Origin: Octopus vulgaris
Lineage: Eukaryota
Direction of reading: 5' to 3'
Length of the DNA: 64,000 nt
NCBI GenBank assembly: GCA_951406725.2
Contig: OX597816.1
Coordinates: forward strand, 18,600,001 to 18,664,000
Shown here: in pieces, positions 41,722-55,756 of the stretch
How positions within the stretch are numbered: the first letter of the stretch is position 1
Layout of the letters: every line of letters starts with the position of its first letter
The notes under the pieces: generated by a model
What the model was told of the DNA's origin: nothing
What the model saw: only the letters and a program-made list of their open reading frames with translations
The model's database searches: none
Program-made: the position numbers and the translations under genes

Positions 41722-43654
41722 TTTGTATATATTGATACACACACATACATATGCATACATACACCGGTACATACGTACATACTTATATACTTATATACAT
41801 TATATATGTGCATATATATTTGATAATGCGTAAAGTAAATCTTTCTTAAACGAAAATTAGCCAAAATTTCTCTGACAGAATTTGCATGAAAAATATATGG
41901 TAATATCAGCTCTGAAGAACAATGTTCCATACCAGCATATATTGACCAATTCTAAAGACATTGTTAGCGATTAGAAAGTCTCATTAGCGTACACTTATAT
42001 TTACCGGAATGAGTGAAGCCAACCTTTCCCCGATTAAAGTTGAAATATCTGTCAACACATCCTGGGTTGTCACTGTGGTGAGACTTGCACTCTGTTGTAT
42101 TGCACATATGGTGTTATATTCTCAATTTTAATTTCTCTACTTGAATTATACTTGTCTTCATCGCTCTTCATTTCGCTAATGGGCTTTAATAATTCATGTG
42201 ATACAACATTAGTAGTTAAACGGATGTTGAATCATTGTCACAGTTCTATTAACGCATACTTATCATATGCTTATCTATAGCCTTTTTTAAATTAAAATAC
42301 CAGTCAGTGCTTGCTCCGCAGCAGTGTATATATTTTGGTAAGAAATTATTGCCTGTTCTGTAATGGAACCGATATCTGTTCCATGGCGAAAGTAAATTAA
42401 TCAGAAGTAAGTCCAGAGTTACCATTGCTTTATTTCTACTAATATTTTATCTAAACAAAGGAGACGAGCTGGCAGAATTGTTAGCATGAAGGGCAAAATT
42501 CCTGGCAGTATTTTGTCCATTTCTAGGTTCAAATTCCGCCGAGCTCGACCTGGCCTTTTATGCTTTCGGAGACGAAATAATATGTACCATGGACCACTGG
42601 GGTACATACAATTGGCTTATCTCCGACTCCAAAATTTCTGGCTCTGTACCAAACTTTCAATCCAGTATTTTATCTAACTCACCCGCCACCGAAATACCTA
42701 CATCCTGTTTTAATTAATTTTGAGTTAATTTAAGAATCGGAGTTGTTTCCGTTACATTCTCTCAAAAGAATTGGCTCACTACAATAAAAATTAGCTGCGC
42801 TCACTATGGTTAGAACTTATATCGGGTTATGCTTCTTAGGATAATTACCATAACAATATTAGTATCGGATTTACTCTTCAGCACTAGTTATAAAGCAGGT
42901 TTAGCTGTTACGTTTTGTGGATAGAAATGTCGATCTAGTATATCGTACTTTCATATCGATTGGAACCTTGTCGACAATTATTCTTTCCCACTCAGTCCAT
43001 TTCTAATTTCATTAATACTCAGAATTCACTTCGGCGAGTCGACTTAGTAATAAATCTTCCATAAGAAATTTAGGTAACAGACTTTAGCTCATGCGACTGT
43101 AGGCGTTCTATATAAGATTGTATTTTGAAACATGGTCGAAAAACATTAACTCAGAAAACCAGCCAGAAACTTACAATGTTTTAAGTTAAAAAGGAAATAA
43201 AAATCATTGATTCATGGCTTAAAATTTCAAACAAAATACTTTAATACATGTGAGATGTTTATTTTTATTGCCATACACATTTGATGTTGCAACTCGGTCC
43301 GAAACCCTTTCCCTCTCCAGGTTATCTTTTACATTGCGTTTATAATGTAATAGAAAGTTGTGAGGAAAGCTAACCAAAGATCTTTGATGTTCTATAATAT
43401 TGCGCATATAAAACGTGTCTTTATAGAATAATGTCCATAATACATGTTTCTTTTGAAAGTGATATTCGTGCATATTTATACTACATACTACATAACGCCA
43501 GTGTTCGTTCACACTGATTAATTCTCAGAGAATTATAGCAACATTTTCTTAATAGTATAAATGTATATGTATGAAAATAGACGCAGACACTCACACACAA
43601 ACGTATGTGTATAATCATACGTACATATACATATACATACATACATACATACAT

Positions 43655-43692
<38 letters not shown>

Positions 43693-44604
43693 GTATGTAT
43701 GATCATATATATATATATGCACCCACATATATATATATATAAACGTATATTATATAATATACATATATGTATATATATATATATAATATATATGATATAG
43801 AGTATATATTTATACGTAGATATGCACACACATACATCGTATATATGTGCTTATGTAAATGCGTATACGAGTATCTGATATATATGTATATAAATGTATG
43901 CATGCATACACACACGCGCACACACACACACACATAAACCCCCCCCACACACACACGCACAAATATATGGTTATTCTTATAATAATCTCAAGTCAACTTA
44001 TAGCACCATAATTTTTATAGCTTTTGTGATATACAAATATTACTTATAATATTCAATATGAAAGTTATTATTTCCCCCATATCTATTATATTCAGTGTAT
44101 ATATAAAAAATAATAGTGCACCCTGTCAAAATCATTTGGAATTGAAATTTCAAAATTATGTTTTTGTATATCTTTTGAAAAATGAATTGTCAATCATCCG
44201 CTGTTGAAATCTTTCTTTCATATAACTATAAGTTTTTTCTCCCTATTCTTTAGTCATACAAATTTAACCCATTATAAAAATATTATTTCGTGTGTATAAG
44301 GTATTCTGTTGCTATCGTCCAAGCAATTACGTTGCAAATATATCTTTGAATTCTCTCCATTTATTGCATCATGTTGCTGATGGGAGAAATGAGATGGAAA
44401 TTGTGAGAAAGTTGGTCGTTGTGGTCAAGCACCTTCACAACCGTACACAATCGCCTACTTGTATACGTTCATGTATTCGTTCATACACACATAAATACGC
44501 ACCGGTTTTCATACATACTTTTTTTAATGTTTAAATGCTTATAATTTTTTTTATTTAAATACGCAGGTAATTGTGTATATAAAAACTCTAACTTCTTCAT
44601 TGTT

Positions 44605-44788
44605 CATTATTTACATTATTTACATTTGACCTCATATTTGTCCTCATCTTTTTTGTTGTTAATACAACGTTTCGGCTGATATATCCTCCAGCCTTCATCA
44701 GGTGTCTTGGGGAAATTTCGAACCTAGGTTCTCATTCCTAACGTATTTTTCGTAATATTATTATTATCATTATTATTATTATTATTAA

Positions 44789-44822
<34 letters not shown>

Positions 44823-44952
44823 TAAAAAAAAATTTTTTATATGATATGACACTTTTCTACTTATTTGTGTATAAATTATGGATGGGTAACATCGGTCTTA
44901 TATAGTCTTATTATTATTATCATCATCATCATCATCATTATTTATTATTATA

Positions 44953-45029
<77 letters not shown>

Positions 45030-45110
45030 CATTATTCAGGTCACTGCCTGGAATCGAACTCGGAATCTTGGGGTTAGCAGCCCACGCTCTTAATCACTGT
45101 GCCATATGTT
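44605..45110 (-). mobile_element. tRNA-headed SINE-like element with internal (AAT)n and a hammerhead
   Basis: Head TGGCACAGTGATTAAGAGCGTGGG-CTGCTAA-CCC..GAGTTCGATTCC (45108-45035), AAT tract, hammerhead, 3' tandem (AATGTAAAT)2. Confidence 0.75.
44662..44706 (-). ncRNA. Minimal hammerhead ribozyme lacking helix III
   Basis: GACAC-CTGATGA-a-GGCTG-gaggatatat-CAGCC-GAAA-CG-TT-GTAT; palindromic AACGTT. Confidence 0.7.
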
Positions 45111-45375
45111 CTTTGTTTCTTAGAACTTCTCGACGCACAGAATTTGAAATTATTGGCTGTCCATAGTTTGAGTTCGTTATTGATTGACCAATTCTAACAT
45201 TTATAGCCTATAAACTTTCTTTTTATAATTAAAATATGTTATGCAGGATTTTAATTATCTTCTGGGCATCAGTTTCTTATGGGTTCTTCTATTTTGAAAT
45301 CAAAATAATAAAACACACGTTATTTTGTAGGGTAATTGCACCTGAGCTGCAGATCACCCAACAAAATTTTTTTTT

Positions 45376-45761
45376 GGAAGCACTCCGTCGGTTACGACGA
45401 CGAGGGTTCCGGTTGATCCGACCAACGGAACAGCCTGCTCGTGAAATTAACGTGTAAGTGGCTGAGCACTCCACAGACACGTGTACCCTTAACGTAGTTC
45501 TCGGGGATATTCAGCGTGACATAGAGAGTGACAAGGCCGGCCCCTTGAAATACAGGTACAACAGAAACAGGAAGTAAGAGTGAGAGAAAGTTGTGGTGAA
45601 AGAGCACAACAGGGATCACCACCATCCCCTGCCGGGGCCTCGTGGAGCTTTTATGTTTTTTCGCTCAATAAACACTCACAACGCCCGGTCTGTGAATCGA
45701 AACCGCGATCCTATGACTGCAAATCCGCTGTCCTAACCACTGGGCCATTGCGCCTCCTCCA
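45376..45761 (-). mobile_element. SINE, head C with tail 1
   Basis: Near-identical to 38984-39367. Confidence 0.9.
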
Positions 45762-46271
45762 ACAAATATATAACTACAAAGAAGCTGCGCTTTATTTCTT
45801 ACCTCATGACCAAATGTTTGTACATTGATGTTAGTAGATTCTATTATCCATAGCAATATTCCATTTCTTGTGAGCAACACCAATAATACAGTGATCCGTC
45901 GTTTATCGCAGTAGATTAATTCCGAGACCGGCCGCGATAACTGAATTTCCGCGAAGTAGGGACACCAAATTTACAGTATTTATTTAACGTGTATTTGGAC
46001 TTTTAAAGCTCTCCCTGTACTGTTAAAAGCCCACCCATTACATTAGTCTATTATTAACAAGGACAACTGTTAAGCAATAACACTTTAGATTATAATAAAT
46101 AAAGATTGTTACTGTTACACAGGCCAGATTACAAAATAGAAAGCTGAGATTCGTCGTCTATCTCCATTGCATCATTCGCAGCCCATCTTAAGTTCAAATA
46201 CCCCTGTATATGCTAATTGCTATTCTACGCTTGTTTTGTTGGAAAAATTTTAGGCGTTCATATATATATAC

Positions 46272-46311
<40 letters not shown>

Positions 46312-46324
46312 ATATATATATATA

Positions 46325-46648
46325 TTCAAAATATAGGAATGGCCATAATAGGACATTCCACTCACTAGAAAGAGCAGCCAAACCAAACCGCTAATAGTTG
46401 TAATTCTGAAACTGAAAGAGAAATAAAATGGGTAAACGTTTTTATTTCTCTTTCAGTTTCAGAATTACAACTATTTAGCGGTTTGAGTTTGGCTGCTCTT
46501 TCTAGTGAGTCGAATGTTCTATTATGGCCATTCCTTATATTGTTCAATGTATATTATATAGTTTTTGACTATATTTTCTTTCTCGCTGGACCGCTGGTAG
46601 TGGAGAAATTTTTCTAGAATTTTTTGCTACCCTTATATTTATTAATTA
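46325..46648. mobile_element. Short fold-back copy of the 40.1-kb family in (TA)n
   Basis: Arms ~46330-46428/46440-46541 and tail match 40620-40826; truncated before the hammerhead. Confidence 0.9.
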
Positions 46649-46670
46649 TATATATATATATATATATATA

Positions 46671-46908
46671 ACGGGAAGCTTTATGAAAATAGACAAAAGA
46701 CGAAGGCAGGTTTACGGAAATAAACAAAAGACGAAGGCAGGTGGAATACAAACAAACAATTGTATTAGTATGGCGCTCAGGAATATAAATAAAACAAGTA
46801 TTTAACGTTTCGTGCCTACGCTCTTCAACAGAAAGATACACAGAGAAGAAACAGAGAAAGAAGGAGAGTGAAAAAATTGCGTGCAGAGGCTAGCGAATCA
46901 ACACGGCG
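46671..46908 (-). mobile_element. TA-bounded repeat with a decayed minimal hammerhead
   Basis: Minus strand CTTT-CTGTTGA-a-GAGC-gtag-GCAC-GAAA-CG-TT-AAA (46835-46801); related to 57590-57780. Confidence 0.55.
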
Positions 46909-47302
46909 ATATATATATATATATATTTAAAATCCGCGAAGTCGTGAATCCGTGATAGTTGAACTGCGAAGTAGCGAGGGATAACTGTATATCCTTCTCC
47001 ACCGAGTAATCTTTATATTTCTAAATAGCTGACTAGTATATTTCAAGTATTCACTTTAAAAACCAAACACTCAGTATATATATATTAATTTATTTGATCT
47101 CGTGTACGGTTCGTCATTTCTCAGAAAGAAAGTTTTAATCCTCTCACCCAAGCCATCCATCGCTCAAAAATTCGAATAATTCGATTCTCAGCCTTAAACA
47201 TATTCTCTACTTTCAGGAGAAAAAATATATACTTGATGACAAACGATAATTATAGACTTAGAACTTTTGATAGCTCAAAGAATAATATGTGGAGAGGACT
47301 TA

Positions 47303-48339
47303 TACGTGGTTGTATAAAAACGAATCGGACTGGTTCTGCAATGCACCAACAGATGGCAGTGTGCTGAGTAACTTAGCAGTGTTTACTTTATGAGGCATCG
47401 AGGGACATCGATGTGTTTACTTCGAAAGTTTTGAAATTCGTGTATTTGTTATCAAGTGTATGCTGTAGTCTGCGATTTTGTCATGGACAGGAAGTTGGAA
47501 CGAAGAGCCAACTTCAAATGTTGCGTTAACTTGCGAAGTCTGCTAGAAAGACATTGAGCATTCTTGGCAAGCTTACGGCGATGAGGCAATGGTTCGTACA
47601 CAATGTCCCGAGCGGCACGGGCGCTTGAAAAGCAGAAGAACGTCCCTGGAAGGCGATGAACAATCTGGAAGAACTGTTACGAGCGTCACCCTCGGAAATG
47701 TGGGATTAGGCATCGAGCTGTCAGAACCGTTAGCACGCCGGGCGAAATGCGCACCCGTATTTCGTCTATGGTTACGTTCTGAGTTCAAATTCCGCCGAGG
47801 TCGACTTTGCCTTTCATCCTTTAAGGGTCGATAAATTAAGTACCAGTTACGCACTGGGGGTCGATGTAATCGACTTAATCCCATTGTCTGTCCTTGTGTG
47901 TCCCCCCTGTGTTCAGCCCCTTGTGGGTAGTAAAGAAATAGGTATTAGGCATCGAAAATTCGTCACCTCGGGGACAGACTTTCAATTGAGTTTTCACCGA
48001 CCTCTCCTCACCTGTGGGGTTTCTCGCAATATACTACATTCTCTCTCCTTCGCACCTACCTTATTCGTGAGATTTAACACCTACGAACTTGCATCTCTTC
48101 GCGAAGATGAATATTTAGCTCAGAGGTTGCCGTTTAATGCCATTGTCAGGATCCTGAGCGAATCGCAAAGGTTCCTCGACTCGCTTACGGAAAACGACGA
48201 CCAAGCCGTATTCCAAAAGGGGAAGGAACACTGTGATCCGTGTATCACTATTTCGAAGGAGATGATGTTAAAACATAACTCAATAAGTTATATTTTATTA
48301 AACAAAAATAGTTCAAGAATCTTTGGATACCACCTCGTA
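47303..48339 (+). mobile_element. Internally deleted mariner transposon interrupted by SINE B
   Basis: TIRs TACGTGGTTGTAT/ATACCACCTCGTA; N-terminal MDRKLERRANFK..QAYGDEAM..SLEGDEQSGR; C-terminal HLPYS.DLTP, YFEGD. Confidence 0.8.
47717..47943 (+). mobile_element. SINE family B monomer
   Basis: 12-bp TSD ATTAGGCATCGA (47705-47716/47944-47955). Confidence 0.9.
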
Positions 48340-50559
48340 CTTTCAAACAGAAACGGTTCTTGCAGCGAAAGGGAGTTTATAATCCTCCATTAAGATATAC
48401 TTTCGTTACTATTGATTCAAATCTGAGCAAGGATTAAACATTTAACGTATTCAGTGTAATAAGGCGTTGAAACTTATGTGCGCTTCTATAAATAAACAAT
48501 CAGTTATGCTTATCGTAAGGACTGTATTTTGACTACATAGTTTTATGAATTTGAAATTACGCCAAAGATGCCTGTGGAAGTTTTGCTCTTCCATTGACTA
48601 CAACTCATAACGTACTTGAATGCACACCACCTTAAATGCCCTGCTGTGTATTCATAATAGTCCAAGCCGATTACATAAGCATAATTACAACGTTGTATGC
48701 AAATCTTTCAATACAAAACACTTATCAGATAAGCAACACTTATCAGAGCAAATTGCTATCTCAGTCAACACCATACCTATATTATATTATCTAGGTGTAA
48801 GATAAATATTTAATTAGATCTTATACGTTACTAATCTGCAAATTACAGCCATCAAAACAAATATATATATATAAAACTAATTACTATAATATTAGGCCCA
48901 AAATACTATCTATTAAATGAAAATAAAACATACTATGTATGTATATAATATAATGTATATCATATATTGAATAGCGGATATTACCCTAATTTAAAAATCC
49001 GTTATAGTCTGCCAGTTAAAACCACAAGTTCAAATGTGGCAAATGTGTGTTCGCAATATTTCTTCTTTCTGCTAAAGGTCATGCTTTGTGGTTAATTACA
49101 CTTCAAATTTGTAAACCTGAGAATATAATTACGAAGTCGTTATCGGGTAAAATTCATGTGACGTTCTTATAATCGGTTTATTCCTTGTTTTGATTCATGT
49201 TTGTTTTGGAACTTTGTTGCGTATATTTTTTGTAAATATTCTTTTATTTTTATATTTTAGTTGTACGCTTAAACACAAATAGTGTGCAATTTTTCTTTTA
49301 CACATTTGTATATGTTGATTTTAATTTATTATGTTTTTTTAGATTAAGACAATTAACTGAAGACTCTCAATGATTATAGAAGTTGCTATGCAGGCAAATG
49401 TTACACAGAAACACAATCTTTCAATTTAGAAGACAAAATGCATAGAAACAGAGAACTAAAGGAATATCAATAAGTGATAAAAAAAAAAACGGTCGCAACA
49501 AGAAAAATAACTAACCGACACTAAATTTGGTATTCTATGAAAAAGGAAATATTTTTTTACCGTTAGCAACACATAAAAGTCTTATTATGTTCTTTAGTTA
49601 CGAAATATATTGATGATATAATTGCATCAAATATGAAAAAGTTACTTGATTCAGTAACCGTATTATCATATGTACTGAGTACAGTTCATATGAAAGATGC
49701 TTTTACAATTTCTTCAAAATCATAAGTTGAAAAAGAAACGGATTGAGGCAATATAATATAATAAATTGACAATACTTTCACAATTTAACTTTAATGAATT
49801 AAAGTGGAATTTTAATGTGTTAAGCAATAAAAATCAATTATGTAAATTCCTTTTATATTTTTGTAAAACTTCAACAAAATATATAACGATTATCAGGTTT
49901 GAATCTTAATAATTTTTGTTTCCCTTTACACAAATCAGTCTATTAAGGTTGGTAATATGAAAAGATAAGGAGTAGTTTGCGTGATACAATTTCCTATTTT
50001 AAAATAATTCTGAGTGTTTCCATTTCCTTTTAACTTTTTATTGTTAAACATCAATTTTATAATTGTTTTTCTTTTTATATTATTCCTTTACATTTGTCTC
50101 CGAAATTAATAATGACGTGAAGATGTAGTTAAAACATTAGAAAATACTATGTAACGATCATGGTTAAGTAAGGATCACGATTGTAGTTACTATTATAAGT
50201 CAATGAAATTGGAAAATAGGAAGAATGAAAGACAAAATCGACCTCGGCGGAGTTTGAACTCAAAACATAGTGACGGACGAAACACCTCCAAGCAATTTGC
50301 ACGGCGTGCTAACGGTTTCGCCAGCTCACCGTTGTATTACTGATGATAGTAATGGTTTTGAATTTTGGCACACAAGGCCAGCAATTTTTGGAGAAGGAAT
50401 AAATCAATTATATCGACCCCAGTGCGCCACTAGTAATTATTTTATCGATCTCCAAAGGCGAAATTAAACTGAATTGAATATGAACTCAAATTGTATGAAG
50501 CATTTTGCTCATCGTGCTAATGATTCTGCCAGCTCACCGCCTTACTACAATTAATGCTG

Positions 50560-50583
50560 TTACTACTACTGCTGCAACTACTG

Positions 50584-50638
<55 letters not shown>

Positions 50639-50642
50639 CACC

Positions 50643-50683
<41 letters not shown>

Positions 50684-50687
50684 CACC

Positions 50688-50738
<51 letters not shown>

Positions 50739-50739
50739 G

Positions 50740-50772
<33 letters not shown>
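50560..50772. repeat. (ACT)n/(ACC)n microsatellite
   Basis: Direct reading. Confidence 0.95.
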
Positions 50773-50914
50773 GTATCGTCGCTAGTCCTCTGCTAATTTC
50801 TACGGCTTCTACACTAATCACCCGTTTTAGGCCCCCTCCCACCATCGGCTGTTGACGTCTGCACCTGTCAACATTCGGTGGACTAACTTGCTACTCCAGT
50901 CTCTGAAAGCTTGA

Positions 50915-51365
50915 CGCGCCGGGAAGAATGCGTTCAGCTTCCATTATCCGGCTCCCTGCCTATGTAGGTCAACCGTATAGATCACAAATTTTCGGTCTGT
51001 GTAGTTGACGAATTCAAATTCTGGACATCCTATGCTATTCCTATCTGCTGGCCTACAAAATACCTATCTAGATAAGATTTAAATGTCCCGACACTGTTTA
51101 CCCAAGTCCACACTGGAATATTCAGGAAATCCAGTCTGAACCTGTCCGTCAAATGAAAACGACCCCATTTTCCCATCCGCTAGCCCCACCCAATCCACAC
51201 GTGCATCCAAAATTGCATTCCGATCGCCCACTAACAGTAAGAGCGAGATATCCCTAGAAAGACTTCCAGGTGTTTGAAGAACTCTGGCTGCCCCGCTCCA
51301 AACGGTGCAAACACTGCGACTAGTCTAAAAGCACTGCCTTCCTTATCGTTCACGTCGAGAGCCAT
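50915..51365 (-). mobile_element. Tx1/L1-clade LINE fragment, AP-endonuclease domain
   Basis: LDVNDKEGSAFRLVAVFAP..FFKHLEVFL; LLLVGDRNAILDARVD; WTWVNS..SYLDRYFV; YTDRK; WKLNA. Confidence 0.8.
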
Positions 51366-52132
51366 GGACTTACCTCTTGACTTACATTTCAATCCCGAAA
51401 GGATGAAAGGCAAAGTCGACCTCGGAGGAATTTCAATTCATAACGTAAAGACGGACGAAATGCAGCTGGGCATTTTGTCCGGCGTGCCTACGGTTTTGTC
51501 TGCTCGCTGTCTTCTTCGCAGTAATAAGGAAGTAAATATAAACGTACAACTGCTCTTATCCAGGATGGAAAACTCAAGGTCAATGTTATCTTTGCATGCT
51601 TCCTCAATACATTTTCGAAGATAAGTCAAAACCTATGAAGAGACACGAATAAAATTGCAACCGTAACATAAATATAAAACTTAATGAAGGATTTCTTTAA
51701 CACAATGCGTAATGTTATGACTCCATTTGAGAAGAGACTCTAGATAAGGAGAAGAAATATTAAATTATATTTTGTGATGTAAGGGCGATTAAAGTGTTGC
51801 GATCGTTCATGTTTGATGTCAGTTAAATTGATAAATGTGAATTTCGATTTATTTCAGCAATAATATATTGCTTATCACTTTTTACACCAAATAAATTTTA
51901 AGATATTAAATTGTTAATGCATTCACATTAACAGATTGATGAAAATATTCTTCCCGTCCAAATGTATGACAACTATCTTTAATTTGATTTTCAATATATC
52001 TGCCGATTCCTGGTTTTCTTTCTCTCTCTCTGTCCCTTTCCGTCTCTCTCTCTCTCTCTCTCTCTCACCTTCTCTCTGTCTTACTTTCATTTTCCATCCC
52101 TGTCGGTTTATATTTCTGTCTTAGTATATATG

Positions 52133-52362
52133 TTTCTTTATTGCCCACACGGGGCTAAACACAGAGGGGACAAACAAGGACAGACAAACGGATTAAGTCG
52201 ATTATATCGACCCCAGTGAGTAACTTGTACTTATTTAATCGACCGCGAAAGGATGAAAGGCAAAGTCGACCTCGGCGAAATTTGAACTCAGAACGTAACG
52301 GCAGACGAAATACGGCTACGCATATCACCCGGCGTGCTAACGATTCTGCAAGCTCGCTCGCC
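52133..52362 (-). mobile_element. SINE family B monomer
   Basis: 19-bp TSD TTTCTGTCTTAGTATATAT (52113-52131/52363-52381). Confidence 0.92.
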
Positions 52363-52784
52363 TTTCTGTCTTAGTATATATTTATATATATACATGAGTA
52401 TGTGTGTGACGTCATCGTGAGCACTGCATCATTTGCACTATGTGGAGAATATGCCACGAACATTGCCCGAGTAACCTTAACATGAAATTCAGGATTCATC
52501 CAAGGCTGGGGCCACGTGTATGAGACTCGACGAAGCAAGCTTCAATGATGAACCTGCATACATCTACTTCTAGAGGTTTTGAAACACGACGTCGATGTTT
52601 TTCTCTCAAATGTATCCGAAATGTTCTTGTCTATGTTCTTCAGTTGCGGTAGAATGTCGGTAACACGTATAATGCTGATGATTTTAATCAAGTGCAGAGT
52701 ACTTCGATTATTTATTGTAATTTACATTAATTTGTAAATTTTTCTTTCTCTTAATCTCCCATTAACATTAGTCATAAGGAAGAA

Positions 52785-53905
52785 TACGAGGGGCGTTCAA
52801 TAAATAATGCCCCTGACCCACTTCCCATAGCAGTAAAGCAACGAAACTTGGCACAGTTATTAGTCTTTTTCTACATAGGAACCACCCAGAGTTACGCATT
52901 TCTCCCATCGTTTGATGCGGCTCTGGAGACCGTTTTTGTAGTAGAACCCAGCTTGGTCCTCCAACCTCAACGTGACTTCAGAAATCAAGGCTGCATCATC
53001 TGGGAAACGCTTTCCCTTCAAAAACAACTTCATGATTGGGAAGAGGTGAAAATCAGAGGGTGCAAGGTCAGGAAAATAGGGGAGATGGGGAGGAGTTCAT
53101 AGCCATACACCTGTGCTTCTGATCTGGCGACAAGCGAGTTGTGGACCGGAGCGTTTTCCTGCAGGAGGAGGATGCCTTTGCTGATTTTGCCCCGCCTCTT
53201 GATTTTGATAACTTCTCTTAATTTCCTCAAAAGTGAAGCATAATAGGCTCCTGCAATTGTGGTACCCTTTGCCAGGAAATCTGTCATCACTACTCCGTCC
53301 TGGTCCCAGAAGACTGTGAGCATGACCTTGCCAGCGGAGGGCTGTACCCTTGCCTTCTTTGGAGGGGGTGAGTCACGGTGCTTCCACTGCATTGACTGGG
53401 ATTTGGTCTCTGGATCATCGTGATGGACCCAGGTTTCATCCTGTGTAATCAGTCTTTTGAAAAATGTTGACTCATCTTCTTGGCACATCTCCAAATTCAC
53501 CCTCGAGCACTCGACGCGTTCTTGCTTCTGGAAAGGCGTGAGCAACCTGGGAATCAATCTGGCAGACACCTTTTGCATATGCAAATGGTCATGAATGATA
53601 GTTTCCACAGACCCGGTACTAATCTTGACCTCATGGGCTATTTGGCGAATAATTATACGTCAATCTTCCAAAATGGCAGCCTCAAATTGACGGACAGATG
53701 CCTCATCAATGGCAGAAGGGGGCGACCAGATCTGGGAGCTGTTTCCACAGAGTTCCGACCATGTTTTAATTCACGATGCCAGCGTTTTACAAGGTCATAT
53801 GATGGGGCATCATCACCATAAGTTACTTTCATTTCATCAAAAGTCTCCCGTGGTGTGCGTCCTTTCAAATACAAAAAACGGATATGTCTGATATATCTTG
53901 AAACT
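52785..53905 (-). mobile_element. Mariner (DD34D) transposon, frameshifted transposase, 5' end lost
   Basis: HTH YGDDAPSY..VKRW..PRSGRP (53653-53890); ITQDETWVH..PETKSQSMQW, SAGKVMLTVFWD, LLQENAPVH (53030-53608); TA plus TIR CGAGGGGCGTTCAATAA at 52785. Confidence 0.92.
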
Positions 53906-54679
53906 GATATATATATATATATATGATGTCTGTTCTCCTTGGCTAACAGCCACATTGTCTTTCGGTAAGTTGTCAAGGAATTCCACTGTTTATTAAAAGT
54001 TTCTGAGATATTCTTTGCATGGACAGGGCTGGGTGGTATATTTTACACATCTGCAATTGCAAAGATTCCTTTTTCTATGTTCTTGACCTGTAGAATTCTG
54101 ACAAAATATTTTCGGCAGAGCAGTACTCGCTTTCACATTTGTGCCAAACCTGCTTGAAAACTTAGTCAGAATTGTTACAGGTTTTCGTGACGTAAATTTT
54201 GAATGTCGCATGTCATGTACAGCCTGTAGGCAGGGACAAATACTTATGCACAACTATAGTTTAAGAGCTAAGCTATGGTCGACTATTTAAACAAAATTGT
54301 TTACATGAGGAGAAGCCAAGTAACAAATCTTCTCAACAATCATAGAATTCTACGCTAGAGGCATCGCGTCCATTTCTAATGTATACAGATGCATAAAGTT
54401 CTACAAATCTATAATCACCCACAAGTACACGCGCAGACACATATATACGTACGCACACAAACGTCCGTATGTTAGTCACTTTGTAAGCGTTTCAATAAAT
54501 ATAGTGAATATACTATTCTATCAAGATACAGCGTACATCGTATCCCTTAGATAATATCATCGTTATTATTTCTTCTTTGTTTAAGAAATAATTTCTTATC
54601 ACAAGGCGTATTTTGAAATCAACATAGCATACGCCAAGATTGATATTTTTATCAGTAACAAAAGATCCGTGCGCACAGG

Positions 54680-54842
54680 CGCAGGAGTGGCTGTGTGGTA
54701 AGTAGCTTGCTAACCAACCACATGGTTCCGGGTTCAGTCCCACTGCATGGCATCTTGGGCAAGTGTCTTCTGCTATAGCCCCGGGCCGACCAATGCCTTG
54801 TGAGTGGATTTGGTAGACGGAAACTGAAAGAAGCCTGTCGTA

Positions 54843-54903
<61 letters not shown>

Positions 54904-55105
54904 GTGTGTGAGTTTGTGTGTCTGTGTTTGCCAACCGATGCTGGTGTGTTTACGTCCCTGTCACTTAGCGGTTCGGCAAAAAAGACCGATAGAAGAAGTA
55001 CTGGGCTTACAAAGAATAAGTCCCGGGGTCGATTTGCTCGACTAAAGGCGGTACTCCAGCATGCCCGCAGTCAAATGACTGAAACAAGTAAAAGAGTAAA
55101 GAGTA
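54680..55105 (+). mobile_element. SINE family A, full length
   Basis: Close to 16941-17330. Confidence 0.9.
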
Positions 55106-55756
55106 CTATATGAAGCCTGCTGAATAAAATATCTATACACAACCATTTCCGTGTTCAACTGATTAATGTACATGGATGTGAGGATTTATCTATCAAAATT
55201 ATCAATGTCACAAATTACATGTTTAACAAATATGTAATTTATTTATAAGAACATTCCTACCTTAATTTGTTTCTATAAAGCTTTTGCAAATATCATGCCC
55301 TTTTACCACACCTCTTCTCCACGTCATTATTATTTTTCCTACTATATTTTAACAATAGTTCAGTTTAATAATTATGATAGTCAACAAAATGATAGACGCA
55401 TAAGCATCCCTATTGTGGAAGAAAATTTAAGATGAATTTCATATTTCAAAATTCAATGAAGAGTTCTACAAAGAAATACTACAGTCTCTGAATCCTTACA
55501 ATTGATATTCAGTTACTTTGGAAAACGCTGAAATAATTTGGCAAATTCTAAGACAGAAGACGTTTGGTTTTAAGATAAGATCTGTTAGTGCCTTCATGGT
55601 TAAACATTCCACTTGTACGAATAATAAAATACCAATATAACTGCCATACAATTATATCCATAATAATCTTTAATTTCTATACTCTATGTTAAAACCACAT
55701 TAAAAAAATATCCTTTTTTCGCATCACATCCACCAATTCAGGAGTAATAACAAGTA

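Larger units (their letters stand above)
45889..46987. mobile_element. pogo/Tigger-type MITE hosting nested insertions
   Basis: TA-CAGTGATCCGTCG..TCGCAG / CTGCGAAGTAGCGAGGGATAACTG-TA. Confidence 0.75.

Noticed and set aside
45035-45110. Functional tRNA-Ser gene
   Set aside because: Acceptor stem does not pair and there is no long variable arm; treated as a SINE head, like the other tRNA-like heads.
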